Source: an uncultured Cytophagia bacterium (GTDB taxonomy: Bacteria > Zhuqueibacterota > Zhuqueibacteria > Thermofontimicrobiales > Thermofontimicrobiaceae). From it: 64,000 nucleotides of DNA. Position numbers and translations under genes: made by a program. The notes below the pieces were generated by a model, which ran no database searches, had not been told where the DNA came from, and was given only the letters and a program-made list of their open reading frames with translations. The first letter of the stretch is position 1; the number at the start of each line of letters is the position of its first letter. The DNA lies in NCBI GenBank assembly GCA_964605145.1, contig CAZSBG010000003.1, forward strand, positions 55,028-119,027, written 5' to 3'. Of the stretch, positions 1-8,388 are shown in pieces.

Positions 1-124
1 GTACATAAACCACCAAAGCGCACATTAGCGTAAATTGCCTGAACGTCATCATTTTTCCTGTCATATTTGTCCTTTTCATTTTAACGATTACAAGCGAAAT
101 ATTTTCATGTTTCGTTTGCACTCT

Positions 125-724
125 TCACTTCAGTTTGTACATCATTAATGTAATCAGCGAAAAAAAGAAAATTGTCGAAAAAATATAACAGGGCATGAAC
201 AAACGAATGCTCAGCAAACCGCTCTGAATTAAAGGACTGATAATTACGGCAACAAAATAAATCATCACGCCAAGCGTGACGCCGGCGCCCTGGGTCATAT
301 CGAAATTTTGCTTTTCATCATAAATTTCAGATGTCCTTTCAATCCGCATAATCAATGCAATATAAATCCAGAACAGCGCATACGGAAGAATAATCAATTT
401 CCATAAAACGCTGCGTACAAACAGGGGATCGAATACAAATATCGATACAAGGCCAAAGCCGCCAAATACAATGCCAAGAATATTCAAGATGACAAAAACA
501 CCTTCATTCATTTCAATAACTTTTGCCAATTTCGTTTTTGGGATAAAATAATACAAAATACCCGCAATTACTAAAACAACAACAACGAAAAGTCCCCATC
601 CGCTTGTTTCTATTTCATCTTCAAGATGAATAAAGACTTCCGAAACAATTCCGCCTCCGATTAAAATTAAAAATAGCAAGACGCCGAATAATTTGTTGAT
701 TGTGGCACTCATAATTCCCTCCAA
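125..724 (-). CDS. Hypothetical polytopic membrane protein (about 6 predicted TM helices), co-oriented with and 6 bp downstream of an XRE regulator
   Basis: 199-aa ORF that is almost entirely hydrophobic helices (LLFLILIGGGIV, FVVVVLVIAGILYYFI, ILGIVFGGFGLVSIFVF, VMIYFVAVIISPLI). Low GC (~40%) compared with neighbours. An XRE HTH gene paired with a membrane protein is a common two-gene unit. Confidence 0.5.
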   Translation of the reverse strand: MEGIMSATINKLFGVLLFLILIGGGIVSEVFIHLEDEIETSGWGLFVVVVLVIAGILYYFIPKTKLAKVIEMNEGVFVILNILGIVFGGFGLVSIFVFDPLFVRSVLWKLIILPYALFWIYIALIMRIERTSEIYDEKQNFDMTQGAGVTLGVMIYFVAVIISPLIQSGLLSIRLFMPCYIFSTIFFFSLITLMMYKLK

Positions 725-730
725 TAAAAT

Positions 731-955
731 TTATTTGTTCTCGTTTTCTGGCTCTTCAATAAGAAAGAACACCTCCTCCACCGGCTTGTTGAAAAAACGC
801 GCCAATTTCAAAGCCAGCAACGCCGATGGCACGAACCGTCCTTTTTCCAGCGAAAGAATCGTCTGCCGTGTCACTCCCACGGCTTTGGCGAGATATTCCT
901 GGGACATCTCCCCCCTTTCGAAGCGACACCGCCTGAGTGTGTTTCCTAATTTCAA
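731..955 (-). CDS. XRE-family (Cro/C1-type) helix-turn-helix transcriptional regulator
   Basis: 74 aa. The motif SQEYLAKAVGVTRQTILSLEKGRFVPSALLALKLARFF is a canonical HTH_3 / XRE family sequence. Confidence 0.8.
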   Translation of the reverse strand: MKLGNTLRRCRFERGEMSQEYLAKAVGVTRQTILSLEKGRFVPSALLALKLARFFNKPVEEVFFLIEEPENENK

Positions 956-1340
956 TGAATCACCTCCGATCTGGTGAATGGTTTACTGGTGAGTGGTGAA
1001 TTGTAAATTGGTAAATGGTAGCATCGTGGACTGGCCTTTTCATTTTAATTAAATTGATACGGTGAGATTTGGTAACATATTTCATACTAATTGTAAATCA
1101 AACTGTACACAATATACAAATGTAATTAGAAAATGTCAAGCTTTTTTTACATTTTGTTAGAATTATCTTACTTATAAAAATAGTATTTGATGATAAGATT
1201 TATTTGTGAGAAAATTGAAAATGAAAAGACGCAGGACTTATTGCTGAAGAGATGGTCAAAATCCAATCAAAAGTTGCAGGTGTGAAAAGTTTTATTGAAA
1301 AATGAAAAACGATTGTTCATTCATGTACGAGATAATAGAA

Positions 1341-1571
1341 TCAACCGCCGCCGACTAATTGAAACAGCTTCACCGAGTCTCCCTCCTTCAATGCATGAGT
1401 TAGCGGAACGCGCGAGCCATTCACCGCCACAAACGCGATTTCTTCCTTTGGCACACTCACCTGGCCAAGCACCCGAACGAGTGCGGATTTCTCTGGGAGG
1501 GTCAGTTCCAGCTCGGGATTGCCGTTGTTATACTTTTTCAGACTGCCGTGAAATGTTAGTGTTATTTTCAT
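1341..1571 (-). CDS. MoaD/ThiS-family ubiquitin-like sulfur carrier protein (C-terminal Gly-Gly)
   Basis: 76 aa with the beta-grasp size and a C-terminal ...KLFQLVGGG diglycine, typical of MoaD/ThiS. GC is native (~52%). Confidence 0.6.
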   Translation of the reverse strand: MKITLTFHGSLKKYNNGNPELELTLPEKSALVRVLGQVSVPKEEIAFVAVNGSRVPLTHALKEGDSVKLFQLVGGG

Positions 1572-2178
1572 TAATTTCAGCCCATTATTTGAGATAAATT
1601 TTATTTGCCTTGAATTGAAAGAGAAAAATACAAAAATTGTAGAAAGATGTCAACCTGATTTTTAATTTTTTGACATAGATAGCTTATGGCACATCAATGA
1701 ATAAAGCGAAAAAATTAGATTGATCAGGAGTAATGTTAAACTATTTATCATATAATTTTTAAAACTATTGATTCATTCAATATTTTTTATCATAATGATG
1801 TGTTGTCACGAGTAACTTTACTGCCCCCTCTTTAGTTTTTTCTTATGCAGGTTTTTCTCGTTACACATTTTTAATTTGATGTTCGAAATTACAATTCAAA
1901 ACCAAAATAGTAACTATTCAGCCACCGAGTCACAAAGAACACGGAGAAAAATTCAATCAAAAATTGCCATCATTTTTTGTAAATAGGATTGCCAAACAGT
2001 GAATACTATCTTTAAAAAGTTACATACATTAAAAACGAATTCATATTTATGCGAAGAATACGTATTGCATCATGTTATTCTGTTTCCAAATAGTTAATGA
2101 AAATATATTTCAATCACATTATGAGACACACTTTCCGAAAATAATTCATGAGAATATCTCTGAGCCCTCTGTGTCTCG

Positions 2179-3600
2179 GTGGCATTTTTCATAAGGCTGA
2201 ATAGTTACCCAAAATATAAGGATGATATTATGGAGACTTTTGAATCCAAGGTCTCTGATATTTTTAAAGAAAATCCCAGGCTTGCCAGAAAAATACCTGT
2301 TGTCATCCGGCAACTTTTCAAAGAATCCGAGGCTGAATTTCGAAGACGAATAAACAAAGCCTCAGAGCATGAACAACAGGTCGAAATGATGAAACTTTTC
2401 GACATCCTATTCATTGATTACTATTTTGATGAGATTGAAGACAACTTTTTAGCCTGGGTCATCAAAAATTATCCGAAGCGATTCACCAGCTCTGAATTAG
2501 AAGAAATGCGGGCACAGGCTTTTTCACATCTCGATTATTATGAAATTCAGGAAGCGATACCGGGAAAGGGAAGCTATTTTAAATCCCTGACTACCAACAC
2601 CGAAGGATTTTTGAAAGATATTTCTTCTTCTTCTGTTTTAGTCAAATGGGATATTCTTTTAGGGCGCTACTATTTTTATCAAGACACATATTTTGCAACA
2701 GGTGCAACCTCTCTATATAGCCAGTCTGATAAGGAATACATTGTAGAACAAATCGAGAAAGCTAAGCAGGAATATTTCGAAGCCAATCCGGAAGCCGACC
2801 ATGCTGAATTCGCTAAAAAACGTTGGGATATTTTTTTCAAGATTGATGACGGCCTGCGCGACAAGGCAAAGAACAAAAAATTCTATACAACATTCGGCGA
2901 GCTTCAATTCTGCGAAGTTCGGTTCAATATAAAAAATTTCCAGGCAATATTGAATACGATTGATAATTTAGACGAATTCGAGTTCGTCGAAGCCAAGACG
3001 ATCCGAAGAGGAAAGAAGAAAAGATTAAATCGCTTCGAGTTTGATTGGCTTACACTGGGAATAGAGGACGAATTGAATCCCATCCGCGTAACTGAATTTA
3101 ATAATGGACTCATGTTAAAAACAGAGCGATTGGACGCCGACGGAAATAAAATCAGAAATGAAACAATAGGGACTTTTTATCTGGATGTATTTCTGGGCCG
3201 GCTCGAAACAAAATCGCTGGAAATTGCCGAGTTTGCCAGGCACCATTTTGTGGATATTTTTGGGGGAGCGCTCACGTTCAAGCGCATTAACAAGTTGGAT
3301 ATTGATATCAAATCAAAACTCGAAGCACAATCCGATGAGACTGAACCTCTTCCTGTAGGTGACATAGATCCATCGCTGAAAGCCCGCGTAGAAGAACAGC
3401 TATTTCTGGATACGCTGGACGAAAAAATTCCCATGTTGAACAACAAAACGCCCCGCGAAGCCAGCCAAATCCCGGAACTGCGCCCCATACTGATAGACTG
3501 GCTCAAAAGCCTGGAAAACATAATGGAACGAAAGCAAAAATCAGGAGAATCCACGGCTTCCATTGAAAAGATAAAGAGGGAGCTGGGTATTGATTGGTGA
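2179..3600 (+). CDS. Hypothetical protein, compositionally atypical (low-GC) orphan gene
   Basis: 473-aa uninterrupted ORF, one of only two plus-strand genes. GC is ~38-40% against ~55% for its neighbours. It is flanked by a 580-bp AT-rich noncoding stretch upstream and a hairpin-rich 356-bp intergenic region downstream. It is rich in charged and aromatic residues and I recognise no motif. Confidence 0.5.
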   Translation: MAFFIRLNSYPKYKDDIMETFESKVSDIFKENPRLARKIPVVIRQLFKESEAEFRRRINKASEHEQQVEMMKLFDILFIDYYFDEIEDNFLAWVIKNYPKRFTSSELEEMRAQAFSHLDYYEIQEAIPGKGSYFKSLTTNTEGFLKDISSSSVLVKWDILLGRYYFYQDTYFATGATSLYSQSDKEYIVEQIEKAKQEYFEANPEADHAEFAKKRWDIFFKIDDGLRDKAKNKKFYTTFGELQFCEVRFNIKNFQAILNTIDNLDEFEFVEAKTIRRGKKKRLNRFEFDWLTLGIEDELNPIRVTEFNNGLMLKTERLDADGNKIRNETIGTFYLDVFLGRLETKSLEIAEFARHHFVDIFGGALTFKRINKLDIDIKSKLEAQSDETEPLPVGDIDPSLKARVEEQLFLDTLDEKIPMLNNKTPREASQIPELRPILIDWLKSLENIMERKQKSGESTASIEKIKRELGIDW

Positions 3601-3780
3601 GGGGAGGGGACACGAACCAATCTGATTCATTACAATCAGAACCTGACATTTACAATTCTATGCTAAATATTTTTAGCATGATCGGTTAGTCAAATCCGCC
3701 CTTTTTCCCTTTTGGGAGCAATTCCCTAAAGTTGTTAAAAACCGTTGAAACGGTTGTAATTGGTTTATTTGTCATTGACC

Positions 3781-3853
3781 ATCACCATAATAAATTATGG
3801 TGTTGATTTGATTCAACTGAGATTGAGCGAACACCACAATTTATTGTGGTGTT
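3781..3853. repeat. Two related palindromes ACACCA(Y)AAT-NN-ATT(R)TGGTGTT, 49 bp apart
   Basis: ATCACCATAATAAATTATGGTGTT (3781-3804) and AACACCACAATTTATTGTGGTGTT (3830-3853). Neither is followed by a U-tract. Confidence 0.45.
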
Positions 3854-3956
3854 AACTGCATAATAAAATGAGAAATAATTTCAGCAGTTTTCAGTAGTGC
3901 TATTTCATAAAGAAAAATAGGAATTTATGGGACTTGCACCCGTCCCTTTTTATATT

Positions 3957-5756
3957 TTATTTGGAAATATCCCCCAAAATTTCATCCAACTGCAACTCGC
4001 GCAGTTTCTCCGGCGTGGGAATGCCATTTTCATCCCAGCCCATGAGCTGGTAATATTCGGCGCGCATTTCGTCCAATTCCACTACGTGGCCTTTGGCCGG
4101 ACCTTTTGCAAGCGGCTCGCTCAGGCAGCGTTTGGGAAGGGTATCATCCTTTTTGGTGAGTCCTTCTCGCACATTGAACATGCGGGCCAGGGTGGTCACG
4201 CGCTCCCCCACTTTTTCCAGTTCGCGCGGATTTTTATAATCAAACCCGGTACATGGATTGACCATCTGCCACACCTCTTTCAGCGTGAAGCCGAACTTGG
4301 TGAAATAGCAAATAATGGCGCAGTCGATGACCGCGGTGTCCAACTGATTCATCTTGAACAACGACGCTTTGCCGGAGACCTCCAGCGGATCGGCGCCGCC
4401 CATAAGCTCGCTCAGCGGCGAACCGTGGAGATGACACGCGCCCCGTTCGGAAATGGCGTAGCTGAGTCCCACACCTTTGGCCCCGCGCGGCAGATAACCG
4501 GGCATTTCCAGGCCCTTCACGTGCATGGCATATTCTTCACTGCCGGGATAATTTTTGCTGAATTCGCGCACGCCTTTTTCCAGTTTCGCACCGATTCCTT
4601 CCCCGGCACAGATTTTTTTCGTCAGTTCAATGAGCGCTTCGCTGCTGCCCCATGTAGCCTCAATGCCATCGAGGTCAGCATTTGACAATATTTTGCGCTG
4701 ATAAAGTTCCATGACAAAACCGATAATCACGCCCACGCTGATGGTATCGATACCGAAATCATCGCACAGGTGGTTCACCTTGATGATAGCCTCGCGATCA
4801 GTGACGCCGCAGTTACTGCCCAGCGCGAAAATGGTTTCATACTCCGGGCCGTCCACGCGCATGCCCAGTTTTTTGTGCTGAGCGATCTTTGTGCAGCCAA
4901 TGCCGCAGCCGTAACACGCAGCCGACTCGTTCCAGTATTCATCGGTCCATGTTTCCCCCCACAATTCCTGATGGCCTTCGAATTGTCCTTCCTGGAAATT
5001 GCGCGTCGGCAATCCCCCGGCCGCGTTGATGAGCTCGACGATATTGGCAGTGCCGTGCTCCTTCATCCGCTGAATCTGCGAGCTCATGCGCAGCATTCGA
5101 TTGGCGACCCACACCATCTCCTGGAACAGAGCAGGGTCTTTCACAGCCACCGCGCCGGTGCCCCGAACTGCCACAGCTTTGAGATTTTTCGAGCCCATAA
5201 CAGCGCCGGCGCCGCCGCGTCCGGCAGTGCGCAGATCGCAGAAAATTCCTGCGATGGGCGCCATACGCTCCGCTGCCTGGCCTATCACCGCGGTTTTGAA
5301 CTCCTTGCCATATTTTTCCGTCAGCTTTGTCGTTGCTGCCATGGTGCCGGTTCCCCAAAGATCGCCGGCATCGTCCAGCCGAACCGAGTCGTTATCGATG
5401 ACCAGCACTTTTGGCGAAGCAGCCCGGCCGGTCATCACGATGGCGTCGTAGCCGGCCCATTTCATGGTCTGGCCGAAAAAACCACCGGCATAGGAATCGA
5501 GAATGGTGCCGGTGGCCGGACTTTTGGTGAATACGCCCAATCGCCCGGCAGTGGGCGCTGTGGTGCCGGTGAGCGGGCCGACCGCAAAAATGAGCGGGAC
5601 TTTAGGCGCGAGCGGATCGGTATGCGGCGCCAATTCGTTGTACAAAATCAAGCTGGCCAAACCCTTTCCGCCAAGCACCAGCCGCATGACTTTTTCATTC
5701 AATTCTTCAGTTTTAATCGTCCCGGTCGAAAGATCGACGCGCAGTATTTTATTCAT
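3957..5756 (-). CDS. aor: Tungsten-containing aldehyde:ferredoxin oxidoreductase (AOR family)
   Basis: AOR-family N-terminus (MNKILRVDLSTG...) and the conserved 4Fe-4S cysteine ligand cluster (ESAACYGCGIGCTKI), ~600 aa. The ORF extends to 5807, but the AOR-like start (MNKILRVDL) is the internal Met at 5756. Confidence 0.85.
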   Translation of the reverse strand: MNKILRVDLSTGTIKTEELNEKVMRLVLGGKGLASLILYNELAPHTDPLAPKVPLIFAVGPLTGTTAPTAGRLGVFTKSPATGTILDSYAGGFFGQTMKWAGYDAIVMTGRAASPKVLVIDNDSVRLDDAGDLWGTGTMAATTKLTEKYGKEFKTAVIGQAAERMAPIAGIFCDLRTAGRGGAGAVMGSKNLKAVAVRGTGAVAVKDPALFQEMVWVANRMLRMSSQIQRMKEHGTANIVELINAAGGLPTRNFQEGQFEGHQELWGETWTDEYWNESAACYGCGIGCTKIAQHKKLGMRVDGPEYETIFALGSNCGVTDREAIIKVNHLCDDFGIDTISVGVIIGFVMELYQRKILSNADLDGIEATWGSSEALIELTKKICAGEGIGAKLEKGVREFSKNYPGSEEYAMHVKGLEMPGYLPRGAKGVGLSYAISERGACHLHGSPLSELMGGADPLEVSGKASLFKMNQLDTAVIDCAIICYFTKFGFTLKEVWQMVNPCTGFDYKNPRELEKVGERVTTLARMFNVREGLTKKDDTLPKRCLSEPLAKGPAKGHVVELDEMRAEYYQLMGWDENGIPTPEKLRELQLDEILGDISK

Positions 5757-5842
5757 GTATCCACAATCTCGAAGCGACATTTTCAGGCTCCTGGTATTTT
5801 CAATCAAAAAATTCTTTATGAATTAACCTTATTTTAGAAGCA

Positions 5843-6970
5843 CTACAAACCAACAAATACTTCAAAATTTTCCTGTGTAATAAATTGGAATTCGCTGTTT
5901 GGATAATTTTCTATAAATGAATTCGGTATTTTCTTTTTTGCTTTTTGCCATTTTATTTCAAACGCATGAAGCATACCACCTTCTTCTTCAATATAGTCGA
6001 TTTCCTGTTGTTTATGCGTTCTCCAAAAATACGTATTCACGAAATAATCAGTATTCGAATTTCGTTTCAATCGTTCACTAATAATGAAATTTTCCCATAG
6101 CTGGCCTTTATCCTGTCTAAGATGCATTGGATTTAAATTATTTATCAATGCATTTCGAACTCCTGTATCGTAGAAATATATCTTTCGAAGACGTTTTAAT
6201 TCATTTCTTATATTTCGACTAAATGGGGAAAGTCTAAATATCACGAATGCCTTCTCTAATAGCTGAATATAATTCGAAACCGTTTCTTTTGAAACACCTA
6301 ATAAATTGGACAATTCTTTAAACGAGACTTCCTGACCTATTTGTAAAGCAAGCGCAGTCAAAAGTTTTTCAAGCATTTCAGGACGTCGAATATCCTGGAA
6401 TTGAAAAACGTCTTTGAAAAGATAACTCGAAGTCAATTCTCTTAATAATTTTGAACTTTCTTCTGGTTTCGTTTCTACTTCGGGGTACATACCAAATATT
6501 ATTTTGCGCTCAAGAATTCTTCGAATTTCTATGAGGGAATACTTTTGAGTCAATTCAATTAAGGATAATGGGAACAGTTGAAATTCGTATTTCCTTCCAG
6601 TCAAAGGCTCTGTTACACTATTTGATAAATCAAAAGACGACGACCCGGTCGCTATAACCTGTACATCAGGAAAATTATCAACCAGAAGCTTCAAAGTAAG
6701 CCCGATATCCGGCACTCGCTGAGCTTCATCGATGAAGATAATCTTTCTGTTGCCTAAAAGGAGTTGCAAATTTGTTGACGTGGCATTTGTTAAACTGTTT
6801 CGAATATCTGTTTCATCGCAATTCAAAAAAAGAGTATCATCCATGGGATAGTTCTCCATGATTGTCTTAATCATGGTTGTTTTCCCAACCTGCCGTGCAC
6901 CATAAATTATAATGCACTTTTGTTTAAAGAAATGCTTTTCAATTGTATTTTGAATATTTCGAATAAACAT
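5843..6970 (-). CDS. AAA+ superfamily ATPase (COG1373, DUF4143-type)
   Basis: Walker A motif GARQVGKTT and Walker B motif IIFIDEAQ, 375 aa, with the COG1373/DUF4143 architecture. GC is very low (~36%), so the gene appears to be a foreign insertion between the AOR and aldolase genes. Confidence 0.75.
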   Translation of the reverse strand: MFIRNIQNTIEKHFFKQKCIIIYGARQVGKTTMIKTIMENYPMDDTLFLNCDETDIRNSLTNATSTNLQLLLGNRKIIFIDEAQRVPDIGLTLKLLVDNFPDVQVIATGSSSFDLSNSVTEPLTGRKYEFQLFPLSLIELTQKYSLIEIRRILERKIIFGMYPEVETKPEESSKLLRELTSSYLFKDVFQFQDIRRPEMLEKLLTALALQIGQEVSFKELSNLLGVSKETVSNYIQLLEKAFVIFRLSPFSRNIRNELKRLRKIYFYDTGVRNALINNLNPMHLRQDKGQLWENFIISERLKRNSNTDYFVNTYFWRTHKQQEIDYIEEEGGMLHAFEIKWQKAKKKIPNSFIENYPNSEFQFITQENFEVFVGL

Positions 6971-7137
6971 TCTGCCATCCTTTTTAATAGTAAATTAGGC
7001 GATTATACTCGCTTAATTTACTAGAAATAAGGCTAATTGTCAAGAAAGATTTTACTTTTAACGCCAAATTCATACAATTCCGATATCCCTGGAACACAAA
7101 CAGAACTATCAAAATCGCGTTGCGAATAATACTCTTA

Positions 7138-8385
7138 TTATTTCACCAATATCGCACCATACTTGCACCAGCGCGCGCATTGGGGAGTGCCGCCGCACAG
7201 ATCGCAAATGACAGGGAATCCTTCGCCGTCAAAATAGATCACGCTGAATGGGCACACCTCCGCGCAAACGCCGCATTTGTTGCAGAGTGATTTGTTCAAC
7301 TCGATGTGGCCCTTTTCATTGATGAACAACGCTCCCGGCGCGCACGATTTGATGCATTTTTCACACAGCGTGCACACGTTCACTTTGTTCAGCGGCGGCT
7401 CCTGATCCACCGGTTTGGAATCGATTCGCAGCCGCGCGCCGTCGATGCCAAATCTTGATTGATGCGCCTGAACGCAGACTGTTTCGCACACCAGGCATCC
7501 GACGCAATTCTTTGAATTGGCCCGCAATCGAATTTTGCCCTCGCGCGGCGCTTCATAAATTTCTTCGATGGTTTTGTAACCGTGGACGAGATCGCACAAA
7601 TCCTCCACCATTTTTTTTGGGTCTTTGGCTTTGGTCACATTTCGGCCAAACACGGTGCCGCTGGCCCCGGCGCGCAGGGCTTCATCGACCAACTCCAGTG
7701 CATCGCGGGGCACATCGGACTTGGCGCCGCCCAACACCAGCACCGGCACTTTGGACTGATCCACCAATTGCTTGAACGTCATCACATCCCCGGTGTACGG
7801 AATTTTCAGGGCGTCCGCCCCAATTTCGACCGCGATTCGCGCCGAAGCGATGAGGATTTCCGCAATGTTCACCCCGGTGACCATGCCGCCCACAGCCATG
7901 GGCTCGATAATGAGCGGCAGTCCCACCTTGCGGCATTCCTGTGCAAACACCGCCGCCTGCTCGATGTTGAGCGATTCAAATTCATCGCTGTAACCGATGA
8001 AATAATAAATCGTAATCGCCGAAACGCCTATATGCAGCGCGTGTTTGGCGCGGGAGGTCGCCATTTTCCTGAACTTGATCACCGGCAGCACATTGCTGAC
8101 ATTGGCGCCACCCAATCGCGGCAGGTTCATCCAGTCTGCGCGGGCGATGACCGCCGGCTTGTCTTTACCCTGAAACATGTGCCCCATACGCTGCACCGTG
8201 CCGAACGACATGAGCACGCCATCGGCTCCCCCGGCAATTACCTGTGCCAGAATATTCTTCAAATTGATCACATTGGCCGTCGGGTCGGACATCCAGCCGT
8301 GATCCGCCGCTACACAGACCGCTTTTCCATCGGCAGGATTGAACAACCGATTCATCCTGGCCGTTTTGCCTGGACTCGAATACAT
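7138..8385 (-). CDS. DhnA-type class I aldolase domain fused to a C-terminal 2x[4Fe-4S] ferredoxin domain
   Basis: The N-terminal ~270 aa carry DhnA/FbaB-family motifs (VCVAADHGWM; the Schiff-base lysine context GADALKIPYTG). The C-terminal ~140 aa carry two clusters, CVGCLVCETVC and CNKCGVCAEVCP, plus additional CxxC motifs. Confidence 0.7.
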   Translation of the reverse strand: MYSSPGKTARMNRLFNPADGKAVCVAADHGWMSDPTANVINLKNILAQVIAGGADGVLMSFGTVQRMGHMFQGKDKPAVIARADWMNLPRLGGANVSNVLPVIKFRKMATSRAKHALHIGVSAITIYYFIGYSDEFESLNIEQAAVFAQECRKVGLPLIIEPMAVGGMVTGVNIAEILIASARIAVEIGADALKIPYTGDVMTFKQLVDQSKVPVLVLGGAKSDVPRDALELVDEALRAGASGTVFGRNVTKAKDPKKMVEDLCDLVHGYKTIEEIYEAPREGKIRLRANSKNCVGCLVCETVCVQAHQSRFGIDGARLRIDSKPVDQEPPLNKVNVCTLCEKCIKSCAPGALFINEKGHIELNKSLCNKCGVCAEVCPFSVIYFDGEGFPVICDLCGGTPQCARWCKYGAILVK

Positions 8386-8388
8386 ATT

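Noticed and set aside
693-977. Plus-strand 94-aa ORF overlapping the XRE gene
   Set aside because: The opposite-strand XRE HTH is unambiguous, so this is a shadow ORF.
1295-1597. Plus-strand 100-aa ORF overlapping the MoaD/ThiS-like gene
   Set aside because: The minus-strand frame gives a beta-grasp protein with the canonical C-terminal GG, so the plus frame is spurious.
3781-3853. ACACCAYAAT palindromes as intrinsic terminators for the convergent genes
   Set aside because: The stems are AT-rich and neither is followed by a T-tract on either strand. They are reported as a repeat or operator candidate instead.
1598-3956. Annotating the low-GC region as a defined mobile element or prophage
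   Set aside because: No integrase, transposase, recombinase or tRNA attachment site is present. Only the compositional anomaly is observable.
3927-5837. Plus-strand ORFs 3927-4685 and 4770-5837 (252 and 355 aa)
   Set aside because: They lie antisense within the clearly homologous AOR gene and are typical shadow ORFs of a high-GC coding region. Their translations have low-complexity, Arg/His-rich composition.
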